Shown here in pieces: positions 1-13,538 of a stretch of 64,000 nt of DNA (position 1 is its first letter; every line of letters begins with the position of its first letter). The notes under the pieces were generated by a model that was not told where the DNA came from, did not search any database, and saw nothing but the letters and a program-made list of their open reading frames with translations. A program made the position numbers and the translations under genes. Origin of the DNA: Antedon mediterranea (taxonomy: Eukaryota > Animalia > Echinodermata). Where the stretch lies: positions 8,400,201-8,464,200 of the forward strand of contig NC_092679.1 of NCBI RefSeq assembly GCF_964355755.1, given 5' to 3'.

Positions 1-52
1 CCGAACTCGTCAAAGTGACGAGTTCAAGTCTAGTTCTTCATCTTCTTTGTTA

Positions 53-1646
53 TTAGTTATCCGCTTAGTAGCGGATAACTCCTTGTAATCGTCCTGTTTC
101 ATCATATTTTTTTTTTTTTTTTTCCTGTATTATACTTCTTTCCTTCTGTCATTTTTGTGCGTCGCGTTTCTCTAAAACGTGTAAACAGAACATATCGTAA
201 CTTTGTCAACATATCAACATTTACGTGAACTTGTGCACCTCCTATTTTTGAATGAAGTCAGAGTTGCGCAACGTGACTTACGCGCGATTTTATGAATTTC
301 AATGATTGATCATAGACTAAAAACGAAACATAATTTTGTTTTGACACTTTGTGAAAATTTAAGTCACATCAAGCGCAAACTTCCTATGGATTAAAAATAG
401 CATGTTTCACAAAAAGTTACGCGCGCACGCGCGTTTAAAATTTTAGAGTGCGAAAAATCAACTTCTAATCAACTTTCTATGCGTTTCATGTCATTTTAAG
501 CATGTCAAAAATTCCCACGCGCGCGAAATTTTTTACGCACGCGGTGCACACTTAGAGTTAAAAACATATTTTTTTCGCGTGATTCATGTTTTTTCAGCCT
601 TTTATAGTAATGTTACCAACTTTTAAACAATTTCGACTTAAAATTACGTCATACGAGCACGTCGAATTAAATAATTTGCACGCGTTTCTGGTGAAAAAGT
701 TCAAAAATTCGTCAAAATTATGCCTATTTTTAAACAGTCATAGATTCTAAACTACATGGAGAACTTTTTTTTAATTACATATTCTGGAAGTTGATGAGTT
801 GTAGATATCGAATCATGCATTAATATGGCTAACCGGACATTGTGACGTCATCGTATGGCCACGCGAATATAAAATATAGGATTTTTGTCTCTTTCGTCAT
901 AGCTCATCACATTTAATAGAGCGCATCTCCACTTATTCGTAGTCGATTTTCACCCCGATTTTACTATATTCTAGGTCAATCAACTATCGTTTGCATGAAT
1001 TAAAAATTTTTTAATTTTTTCAACGTCATCATGCCTAAAAATTTAAATTACGTTGGTCATTAATTTCATCTTTACAGTAAATTTTAATCTGTTATAGCTC
1101 GTAAGAATAAAATGTGATAATCACGATTAAAACGTTTTCAGGAAGCTATTGTATTGTAGATACAAAATCATGTGAAAATTGTGCCAATCGAATGTTGTAA
1201 CGTCATCATATGGCCAGTTAAATACAAAAAGTCGTATTTTCATCTTTTGCGTTATATTTCATTACATTTAAAAGAGCGCGCATCAATATTTCACGTATTC
1301 AAATTTCTTCTACACGTTAATATGTTGTTGCTGAGATAATTTAATTCTGAAATTTCTACTTTTGCATTTCATTTTGAAACCGTCAAGATGTTAAAAATTA
1401 CAATAAAATACGGGTCCCGTAATTTCACCTATTTTACACTATTTGTGATATGTATACAGATTGTACTGTGTATACTATGTATATGACACAAAATAACAGA
1501 ATTCAGAAATAACAACATATCATATTCTTCAGTTCAGGTCATAATGCCTTAATATTTTTCTGTGTGCAATATTCTAACGTATGACGTGCACGTGGCGTTT
1601 GTCGAGCGGATAACTAACTCGTCAAAGTGACGAGTTTCATGTCTAG
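53..1646 (+). mobile_element. Complete long-type HINE-like copy inserted into the leader of another copy
   Basis: Runs from head TTAGTTATCCGC-ttagta-GCGGATAACT to tail CTAG. Its flanks rejoin to catcttctttgtta|ttcttctttctttcccgg, which is seen uninterrupted at 40409-40440. Confidence 0.8.
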
Positions 1647-4600
1647 TTCTTCTTTCTTTCCCGGATTTTTGTGACCAGCATATCTCTATTGCTTGTGAAC
1701 ATAACTTTGTATAACTTGGTAAAAAGATTGACATTGAAGTGTAGATGTGCAGCCAACCTTTTGGACGATGTCAGATCCGCGTTGCGTAAGTTACGCGCGA
1801 TTTTATGAATTTCGCGTATTTAACATAGACTAAAAACCAAAAGTCATTTTGTAATAACACTTGGAGAAAATTTAAGTCATATCAAGGGCAAACTTTCTAT
1901 GGATTAAAAATGGAATGTTTCAAAGAAAGTTACGCGCGCACGCGCGTTTAAAATTTCAAAATGCGAAAAATCAACTTCTAATCAACTTTCTACGCGTTTC
2001 ATGTCATTTTGAGCATTTCAAAATTTCCCACGCGTGCGCAATTTTTTTACGCGCACGTGCGCACGTAGCGCAAAAACATCATTTTTTTGCTTGATTTTTG
2101 TTTTTCTTGTCTTTTTTAGAAAATTTACCAACTTTCAAACAATTTCGATATAAAATCACGTCATACGAGCACGTAGAATTAAACAATTTACGCGCATTTT
2201 TGATGAAAAAGTTCAAAAATTTGTCAAAATTATGCCTTTTTTTAAACAGTCATAGATTCTAAACTACGTGGTGAACTTTTTTATAATTACATATTCTGGT
2301 AGTAGATGAGTTGCAGATATCAAATCATGCATCAATATGGCTAACCGGACATTGTGACGGCCACTCGAATATAAAATATAGGATTTTTGTCTCTTTCCTC
2401 GTAGCTCGTCACATTTAATATAGCGCATCTCCACTTATTTGTATTCCATTTCTCCCCATTTTTTTATGTTGTCTAGGTCTATCAATTATCTTTCGCACGA
2501 TTCACCATTTTCAAAATTGTGATGACGTCATCATGTTCAAAAGCGTCAATAACTTTGGTCACTTATTTTCCCCTATTCTGCACTGTATGTAGTACGTATA
2601 CAGTATATAGTGTATACCGTATATACTCAGACGTGACGAAAAATAGAGAGCACACTGAAATTGTTTCAATGACTTAATCGTTTTTCTGCGCGCAATATTC
2701 TAACGTATAACGTGCACGTGGCCTTTGCGCTGCGGATAACCTAACTCGTCCGTAGTGACGAGTTCAAATCTAGTTTTCTGTATTATTAGTTATCCGCATT
2801 CAGCGGATAACTCCTTGTAACTGTCCTGTTACTTTTTGGTTATCCGCAACTTAGTTGCAGGATAACCCATGTGATTGTAAATATCTTTTTTTTCATCTTC
2901 TTTGTTATTAGTTATCCGCATTCAGCGGATAACTCCTTGTAACTGTCCTGTTACTTTTTTTTAGTTATCCGCATTCAGCGGATAACTCCTTGTAATCGTC
3001 CTGTTACTTTTTTTTCTTCTTCTTTCTTTCTCCCTCATTTTTGTGTCTCACGTATCTCAAAAACTTGTAAACATAACATTTCATAACTTTGTCAACATAT
3101 GTGCATATACGTGAAGTTGTGCACCTCCTATTTTTGAATGACGTCAGAGTTGCGCAACGTGACTTACGCGCGATTTTATGATTTTTTATGATTGACCATA
3201 GATTAAAAACCAAGCGTAATTTTGTTTTGACACTTTGTGAAAATTTAAGTCTTATCAAGTGCAAATATTCTATGGATTAAAAATGGCATTTTTTACAAGA
3301 AGTTACGCGCGCACGCGCATTTAAAATTTCAAAATGCGCAAAATTAATTTCTAATCAACTTTCTACGCTGATCATGACATTTTGAGCATGTCAAAAATTC
3401 CCACGCGCGCGAAAAAATTTACGCGTAAGGGGCGCACGGAGTATGAAAACCATGTTTTTTTTCTTGAATTTTGAGTGTCCAGCCTTTCGTAGTCATTTTA
3501 AACAAGATTGACATCATTTCAAGTTAAAATGACGTCATACGTACACGTTGATTTAGACCATTTGCATGCGTTTTAGTTGCAAAAGTGAAAAAATATTGTC
3601 AAAATTATGCCTATTTTGAATCTATTATAGCTCGTCAGGATCAAAGGTGACCCCAATTTGTTTTAACTTATTATGCAAGAAGATAAATTGTAGATATAAA
3701 TTCATGCAGAATTTTTACCTCTCGGAAGTTATGACGTCATCGTATGGCCACACGAATGTAAAATATAGGATTTTTGTCTCTTTCGTTATTGCTCATCACT
3801 TTCAATAGAGCGCATCTCGGTTATCCGTATTCCATTTCCTCCGATATTTAATATTATCTAGGTCAATCAATTATCTTTCCATGAGTAAAAAATATTTTAA
3901 TTTTTATGACGTCATTATGTCTAAAAATGTAAAGCATATTATCACGTATTTTCATCTTTACAGTAAGTTTCAATCTGTTATAGCTCGTCAGAATAATAAG
4001 TGATAATCATGATTAAAACGTTTTCTGGAAGCTATTGGACTGTATATACGAATTCATATAAACAGTTTGCCAATCAGGTGTTGTGCCGTCATCATATGGC
4101 CAGTTGAATAAAAAAAGACGTATTTTCATATTTTGCGTAATAGTTCATCACATTTAAAAGGGTGCGCATCTATATTTTATGTATTCAATTTTCTTCTACA
4201 CCTTAATATGTTGTTCCTGAGATTATTTCCTTCTGAAATTGTTATCTAAGTGTTTCGTTTTGATACCGTCGTCATGTTAAAAATTGGAATAAATGGCGGG
4301 TCCCGTAATTTCACCTATTCTACACTGTATGTAATATGTATACAGATTATACTGTTTGCATGTACCGTATATACTATATGACACAAAATTGACAGAATTC
4401 AGCACTAACAGCATATCATATTCTTCAGTTCTTGTCATAATTCCATAATCTTTATCTGTGTGCAATATTCCAACTTATGACGTGCACGTGGCGTTTGTCG
4501 TGGTGCGGATAACTAACTCGTCAATGTGACGAGTTTCATGTCTAGTTTTCTTCTTTCTTTCTCCTCTATTTTTGTGTCTCGCGTATCTCAAAAACGTGTA

Positions 4601-7600
4601 AACATAACATGTTATAACTTTGTCAGCATGAGGGCATTCAGGTGAAGTTGTGCACCTCCTATTTTTGAATGACGTCAGAGTTGCGCAACATGACTTACGC
4701 GCGTTTTTACGAATTTCGCATTTTTAACATAGATTGAAAACCATATAGCAATTTAAATTGAAACTTAACGAAAGTTTAATTGATATCTTGCGCTAACAGA
4801 ATGTGAAAAAAAAATGGCATGTTTCACAGGAAGTTACGCGCGCACGCGCGTTTTAAATTTCAAAATGCGAAAAATCAATTTCTAATCAACTTTCTACGCG
4901 TTTCATGTCATTTTGAGCATGTAAAAAATTCCCACGTACGCGCATTTTTTTACGCGTGCGGTGCGCACGTAGCGTTGAAAACCATTTTTTTCACGTGATT
5001 TATGTTTTTCCAGCCTTTTCTAGTAATTTTACCAACTTTTGAACAATTTCGACTTAAAATTACGTCATACGGGCACGTCGAATTGGATAATTTACGTGCA
5101 TTTTTGATGAAAAAGTTCAAAAAGTCGTCAAAATTTGTCAAAATTATGCCCTTTTTTAAACAGTTATAGTTCCTAAACTAAACGGTGAAAGTTATTTTTA
5201 TTGCATATTCTGAAAGTTGATGAGTTGTAGATTTTGAATCATGCATTAATATGGCTAACCGGACATTGTGACGTCACCGTATGCCCACGCAAATATAAAA
5301 TATAGGATTTTTGTATCTTTCATCATAGCGCATGACATTTAATAGAGCGCATCTCCAATTATCTGTTTTCCATTTTTGCCCCGATTTTTATATTATCTAG
5401 GTCAATCAACTATCTTTCGTATGAGTTAAAAATATTTTAATATTTATGACGTCATCATGTCTAAAAATGTAAATAACGTGGGTCACTTATTTTTGTCCTT
5501 ACAGTAAATTTCAATCTGTTATAGCTCGTCAGAATAAAACGTGATAATCATGATTAAAACGTTTTCTGGAAGCTATTGGATTGTAGATACGAATTTATGT
5601 AAACATTTTCCCAATCAGATCTTGTGACGTCATCATATGGCCAGTTGAATAAAAAAAGTCGTATTTTCATATTTTTCGTCATAGTTCATTATATTTAAAA
5701 GAGCGCGCATCAATATTAAACGTATTCAAATTTCTTCTACACGTTAATATGTTGTTGCTGAGATAATTTCCTTCCGAAATTGCTATCTTAGTGTTTCATC
5801 TTGATACCGTCGCCATGTTACAAATTTGAATAAATGGCGGGTCCCGTAATTTCACCTCTTCTACACTGTATGTAACATGTATACAGATTATACTGTTTTC
5901 ATGTATATACTATATGACACAAAATTGACAGAATTCAGCACTAACAACATATCATATTCTTCAGATCAGGTCATAATGCCATAATTTTCTTCTGTGTGCA
6001 ATATTCTAACGTATGACGTGCACGTGGCGTTTGTCGTGCGGATAACTAACTCGTCAAAGTGACGAGTTACATGTCTAGTACTTCTTTCTTTCTGTCATTT
6101 TTGGGCGTCGCGTTTCTCTAAAACGTGTAAACAGAACATATCGTAACTTTGTCAACATATCGACATTTACGTGAACTTGTGCACCTCCTATTTTTGAATG
6201 ACGTCAGAGTTGCGCAACGTGACTTGCGTGCGATTTTATGAATTTCAATGATTGATCATAGACTAAAAACCAAACATAATTTTGTTTTGAAACTTTGTGA
6301 AAATTTAAGTCATATCAAGCGCAAACTTTCTATGGATTAAAAATAGCATGCTTCACAAAAAGTTACGCGCGAACGCGCGTTTAAAGTTTTAACGTGCGAA
6401 ATATCAACTTCTAATCAACTTTCTATGCGTTTCATGTCATTTTGAGCATGTCAAAAATTCCCACGCGCGCGAACATTTTTACGCACGCGGTGCACACTTA
6501 GCGTTAAAAACATATTTTTTTCGCGTGATTTATGTTTTTTCAGCCTTTTCTAGTAATGTTACCAAATTTTAAACAATTTCGACTTAAAATTACGTCATAC
6601 GAGCACGTCGAATTAGATAATTTTCACGCGTATTTGGTGAAAAAGTTCAAAAATGCGTCAAAATTATGCCTATTTTTAAACAGTCATAGATTCTAAACTA
6701 CATGGAGAACTTTTTTTTAATTACATATTCTGGAAGTTGATGAGTTGTAGATATCGGATCATGCATTAATATGGCTAACCGGACATTGTGACGTCATCGT
6801 ATGGCCACGCGAATATAAAATATAGGATTTTTGTCTATTTCGTCATAGCTCATCACATTTAATAGAGCGCATCTCCACTTATTCGTTGTCCATTTTCATT
6901 CCGATTTTAATATATTCTAGATCTATCAACTATCTTTTGCATGAATTAAAAATTTTTTAATTTTTTTAACGTCATCATGCCTAAAAATTTAAATTACGTT
7001 GGTCATTAATTTCATCTTTACAGTAAATTTTAATCTGTTATGCCTCGTAAGAATAAAATGTGATAATCACAATTAAAACGTTTTCAGGAAGCTATTGTAT
7101 TGTAGATACAAAATCATGTGTAAATTGTGCCAATCGAATGTTGTGACGTCATCATATGGCCAGTTAAATAAAAAAAGTCGTATTTTCATCTTTTGCATTA
7201 TATTTCATTACATTTACAAGAGCGTGCATCAATATTTCACGTATTCAAATTTCTTCTACACGTTAATACGTTGTTGCTGAGATAATTTCATTCAGAAATT
7301 TCTACTTTTACATTTCATTTTGAAACCGTCAAGATGTTAAAAATTACAATAAAATACGGGTCCCGTAATTTCACCTATTTTACACTGTTTGTGATGATTG
7401 TACTGTGTATACTATATGACACAAAATAACAGAATTCAGAAATAACAACATATCATATTCTTCAGTTCAGGTCATAATGCCTTAATATTTTTCTGTGTGC
7501 AATATTCTAACGTATGACGTGCACGTGGCGTTTGTCGAGCGGATAACTAACTCGTCAAAGTGACGAGTTTCATGTCTAGTTCTTCTTTCTTTCCCGGATT

Positions 7601-10600
7601 TTTGTGACCAGCATATCTCTATTGCTTGTGAACATAACTTTGTATAACTTGGTAAAAAGATTGACATTGAAGTGTAGATGTGCAGCCAACCTTTTGGACG
7701 ATGTCAGATCCGCGTTGCGTAAGTTACGCGCGATTTTATGAATTTCGCGTATTTAACATAGACTAAAAACCAAAAGTCATTTTGTAATAACACTTGGAGA
7801 AAATTTAAGTCATATCAAGGGCAAACTTTCTATGGATTAAAAATGGAATGTTTCAAAGAAAGTTACGCGCGCACGCGCGTTTAAAATTTCAAAATGCGAA
7901 AAATCAACTTCTAATCAACTTTCTACGCGTTTCATGTCATTTTGAGCATTTCAAAATTTCCCACGCGTGCGCAATTTTTTTACGCGCACGTGCGCACGTA
8001 GCGCAAAAACATCATTTTTTTGCTTGATTTTTGTTTTTCTTGTCTTTTTTAGAAAATTTACCAACTTTCAAACAATTTCGATATAAAATCACGTCATACG
8101 AGCACGTAGAATTAAACAATTTACGCGCATTTTTGATGAAAAAGTTCAAAAATTTGTCAAAATTATGCCTTTTTTTAAACAGTCATAGATTCTAAACTAC
8201 GTGGTGAACTTTTTTATAATTACATATTCTGGTAGTAGATGAGTTGCAGATATCAAATCATGCATCAATATGGCTAACCGGACATTGTGACGGCCACTCG
8301 AATATAAAATATAGGATTTTTGTCTCTTTCCTCGTAGCTCGTCACATTTAATATAGCGCATCTCCACTTATTTGTATTCCATTTCTCCCCATTTTTTTAT
8401 GTTGTCTAGGTCTATCAATTATCTTTCGCACGATTCACCATTTTCAAAATTGTGATGACGTCATCATGTTCAAAAGCGTCAATAACTTTGGTCACTTATT
8501 TTCCCCTATTCTGCACTGTATGTAGTACGTATACAGTATATAGTGTATACCGTATATACTCAGACGTGACGAAAAATAGAGAGCACACTGAAATTGTTTC
8601 AATGACTTAATCGTTTTTCTGCGCGCAATATTCTAACGTATAACGTGCACGTGGCCTTTGCGCTGCGGATAACCTAACTCGTCCGTAGTGACGAGTTCAA
8701 ATCTAGTTTTCTGTATTATTAGTTATCCGCATTCAGCGGATAACTCCTTGTAACTGTCCTGTTACTTTTTGGTTATCCGCAACTTAGTTGCAGGATAACC
8801 CATGTGATTGTAAATATCTTTTTTTTCATCTTCTTTGTTATTAGTTATCCGCATTCAGCGGATAACTCCTTGTAACTGTCCTGTTACTTTTTTTTAGTTA
8901 TCCGCATTCAGCGGATAACTCCTTGTAATCGTCCTGTTACTTTTTTTTCTTCTTCTTTCTTTCTCCCTCATTTTTGTGTCTCACGTATCTCAAAAACTTG
9001 TAAACATAACATTTCATAACTTTGTCAACATATGTGCATATACGTGAAGTTGTGCACCTCCTATTTTTGAATGACGTCAGAGTTGCGCAACGTGACTTAC
9101 GCGCGATTTTATGATTTTTTATGATTGACCATAGATTAAAAACCAAGCGTAATTTTGTTTTGACACTTTGTGAAAATTTAAGTCTTATCAAGTGCAAATA
9201 TTCTATGGATTAAAAATGGCATTTTTTACAAGAAGTTACGCGCGCACGCGCATTTAAAATTTCAAAATGCGCAAAATTAATTTCTAATCAACTTTCTACG
9301 CTGATCATGACATTTTGAGCATGTCAAAAATTCCCACGCGCGCGAAAAAATTTACGCGTAAGGGGCGCACGGAGTATGAAAACCATGTTTTTTTTCTTGA
9401 ATTTTGAGTGTCCAGCCTTTCGTAGTCATTTTAAACAAGATTGACATCATTTCAAGTTAAAATGACGTCATACGTACACGTTGATTTAGACCATTTGCAT
9501 GCGTTTTAGTTGCAAAAGTGAAAAAATATTGTCAAAATTATGCCTATTTTGAATCTATTATAGCTCGTCAGGATCAAAGGTGACCCCAATTTGTTTTAAC
9601 TTATTATGCAAGAAGATAAATTGTAGATATAAATTCATGCAGAATTTTTACCTCTCGGAAGTTATGACGTCATCGTATGGCCACACGAATGTAAAATATA
9701 GGATTTTTGTCTCTTTCGTTATTGCTCATCACTTTCAATAGAGCGCATCTCGGTTATCCGTATTCCATTTCCTCCGATATTTAATATTATCTAGGTCAAT
9801 CAATTATCTTTCCATGAGTAAAAAATATTTTAATTTTTATGACGTCATTATGTCTAAAAATGTAAAGCATATTATCACGTATTTTCATCTTTACAGTAAG
9901 TTTCAATCTGTTATAGCTCGTCAGAATAATAAGTGATAATCATGATTAAAACGTTTTCTGGAAGCTATTGGACTGTATATACGAATTCATATAAACAGTT
10001 TGCCAATCAGGTGTTGTGCCGTCATCATATGGCCAGTTGAATAAAAAAAGACGTATTTTCATATTTTGCGTAATAGTTCATCACATTTAAAAGGGTGCGC
10101 ATCTATATTTTATGTATTCAATTTTCTTCTACACCTTAATATGTTGTTCCTGAGATTATTTCCTTCTGAAATTGTTATCTAAGTGTTTCGTTTTGATACC
10201 GTCGTCATGTTAAAAATTGGAATAAATGGCGGGTCCCGTAATTTCACCTATTCTACACTGTATGTAATATGTATACAGATTATACTGTTTGCATGTACCG
10301 TATATACTATATGACACAAAATTGACAGAATTCAGCACTAACAGCATATCATATTCTTCAGTTCTTGTCATAATTCCATAATCTTTATCTGTGTGCAATA
10401 TTCCAACTTATGACGTGCACGTGGCGTTTGTCGTGGTGCGGATAACTAACTCGTCAATGTGACGAGTTTCATGTCTAGTTTTCTTCTTTCTTTCTCCTCT
10501 ATTTTTGTGTCTCGCGTATCTCAAAAACGTGTAAACATAACATGTTATAACTTTGTCAGCATGAGGGCATTCAGGTGAAGTTGTGCACCTCCTATTTTTG

Positions 10601-13538
10601 AATGACGTCAGAGTTGCGCAACATGACTTACGCGCGTTTTTACGAATTTCGCATTTTTAACATAGATTGAAAACCATATAGCAATTTAAATTGAAACTTA
10701 ACGAAAGTTTAATTGATATCTTGCGCTAACAGAATGTGAAAAAAAAATGGCATGTTTCACAGGAAGTTACGCGCGCACGCGCGTTTTAAATTTCAAAATG
10801 CGAAAAATCAATTTCTAATCAACTTTCTACGCGTTTCATGTCATTTTGAGCATGTAAAAAATTCCCACGTACGCGCATTTTTTTACGCGTGCGGTGCGCA
10901 CGTAGCGTTGAAAACCATTTTTTTCACGTGATTTATGTTTTTCCAGCCTTTTCTAGTAATTTTACCAACTTTTGAACAATTTCGACTTAAAATTACGTCA
11001 TACGGGCACGTCGAATTGGATAATTTACGTGCATTTTTGATGAAAAAGTTCAAAAAGTCGTCAAAATTTGTCAAAATTATGCCCTTTTTTAAACAGTTAT
11101 AGTTCCTAAACTAAACGGTGAAAGTTATTTTTATTGCATATTCTGAAAGTTGATGAGTTGTAGATTTTGAATCATGCATTAATATGGCTAACCGGACATT
11201 GTGACGTCACCGTATGCCCACGCAAATATAAAATATAGGATTTTTGTATCTTTCATCATAGCGCATGACATTTAATAGAGCGCATCTCCAATTATCTGTT
11301 TTCCATTTTTGCCCCGATTTTTATATTATCTAGGTCAATCAACTATCTTTCGTATGAGTTAAAAATATTTTAATATTTATGACGTCATCATGTCTAAAAA
11401 TGTAAATAACGTGGGTCACTTATTTTTGTCCTTACAGTAAATTTCAATCTGTTATAGCTCGTCAGAATAAAACGTGATAATCATGATTAAAACGTTTTCT
11501 GGAAGCTATTGGATTGTAGATACGAATTTATGTAAACATTTTCCCAATCAGATCTTGTGACGTCATCATATGGCCAGTTGAATAAAAAAAGTCGTATTTT
11601 CATATTTTTCGTCATAGTTCATTATATTTAAAAGAGCGCGCATCAATATTAAACGTATTCAAATTTCTTCTACACGTTAATATGTTGTTGCTGAGATAAT
11701 TTCCTTCCGAAATTGCTATCTTAGTGTTTCATCTTGATACCGTCGCCATGTTACAAATTTGAATAAATGGCGGGTCCCGTAATTTCACCTCTTCTACACT
11801 GTATGTAACATGTATACAGATTATACTGTTTTCATGTATATACTATATGACACAAAATTGACAGAATTCAGCACTAACAACATATCATATTCTTCAGATC
11901 AGGTCATAATGCCATAATTTTCTTCTGTGTGCAATATTCTAACGTATGACGTGCACGTGGCGTTTGTCGTGCGGATAACTAACTCGTCAAAGTGACGAGT
12001 TACATGTCTAGTACTTCTTTCTTTCTGTCATTTTTGGGCGTCGCGTTTCTCTAAAACGTGTAAACAGAACATATCGTAACTTTGTCAACATATCGACATT
12101 TACGTGAACTTGTGCACCTCCTATTTTTGAATGACGTCAGAGTTGCGCAACGTGACTTACGTGCGATTTTATGAATTTCAATGATTGATCATAGACTAAA
12201 AACCAAACATAATTTTGTTTTGAAACTTTGTGAAAATTTAAGTCATATCAAGCGCAAACTTTCTATGGATTAAAAATAGCATGCTTCACAAAAAGTTACG
12301 CGCGAACGCGCGTTTAAAGTTTTAACGTGCGAAATATCAACTTCTAATCAACTTTCTATGCGTTTCATGTCATTTTGAGCATGTCAAAAATTCCCACGCG
12401 CGCGAACATTTTTACGCACGCGGTGCACACTTAGCGTTAAAAACATATTTTTTTCGCGTGATTTATGTTTTTTCAGCCTTTTCTAGTAATGTTACCAAAT
12501 TTTAAACAATTTCGACTTAAAATTACGTCATACGAGCACGTCGAATTAGATAATTTTCACGCGTATTTGGTGAAAAAGTTCAAAAATGCGTCAAAATTAT
12601 GCCTATTTTTAAACAGTCATAGATTCTAAACTACATGGAGAACTTTTTTTTAATTACATATTCTGGAAGTTGATGAGTTGTAGATATCGGATCATGCATT
12701 AATATGGCTAACCGGACATTGTGACGTCATCGTATGGCCACGCGAATATAAAATATAGGATTTTTGTCTATTTCGTCATAGCTCATCACATTTAATAGAG
12801 CGCATCTCCACTTATTCGTTGTCCATTTTCATTCCGATTTTAATATATTCTAGATCTATCAACTATCTTTTGCATGAATTAAAAATTTTTTAATTTTTTT
12901 AACGTCATCATGCCTAAAAATTTAAATTACGTTGGTCATTAATTTCATCTTTACAGTAAATTTTAATCTGTTATGCCTCGTAAGAATAAAATGTGATAAT
13001 CACAATTAAAACGTTTTCAGGAAGCTATTGTATTGTAGATACAAAATCATGTGTAAATTGTGCCAATCGAATGTTGTGACGTCATCATATGGCCAGTTAA
13101 ATAAAAAAAGTCGTATTTTCATCTTTTGCATTATATTTCATTACATTTACAAGAGCGTGCATCAATATTTCACGTATTCAAATTTCTTCTACACGTTAAT
13201 ACGTTGTTGCTGAGATAATTTCATTCAGAAATTTCTACTTTTACATTTCATTTTGAAACCGTCAAGATGTTAAAAATTACAATAAAATACGGGTCCCGTA
13301 ATTTCACCTATTTTACACTGTTTGTGATGATTGTACTGTGTATACTATATGACACAAAATAACAGAATTCAGAAATAACAACATATCATATTCTTCAGTT
13401 CAGGTCATAATACCTTAATATTTTTCTGTGTGCAATATTCTAACGTATGACGTGCACGTGGCGTTTGTCGAGCGGATAACTAACTCGTCAAAGTGACGAG
13501 TTTCATGTCTAGTTCTTCTTTCTTTCCCGGATTTTTGT
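1481..13538 (+). repeat. Higher-order tandem duplication, period 5933 bp (4 heads + 4 bodies per unit)
   Basis: Identical ORF-track peptides and CTAG tails recur at exactly +5933. I spotted only two substitutions (6226 G/12159 A; 7479 G/13412 A). Confidence 0.95.

Noticed and set aside
1612-1660. Rho-independent terminators or attC/integron-like cassette sites (hairpin plus T-run)
   Set aside because: The hairpin-CTAG ends are rolling-circle element termini in an animal intron, the units are paralogous non-coding bodies and no integrase is present.
2774-3010. CRISPR array (palindromic repeats with short spacers; also 8707-8943 and 33092-33390)
   Set aside because: Eukaryotic intron with no cas genes. 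The spacers are homologous T-rich leaders, and the repeat is the 5' end of the element defined by the solo copy.
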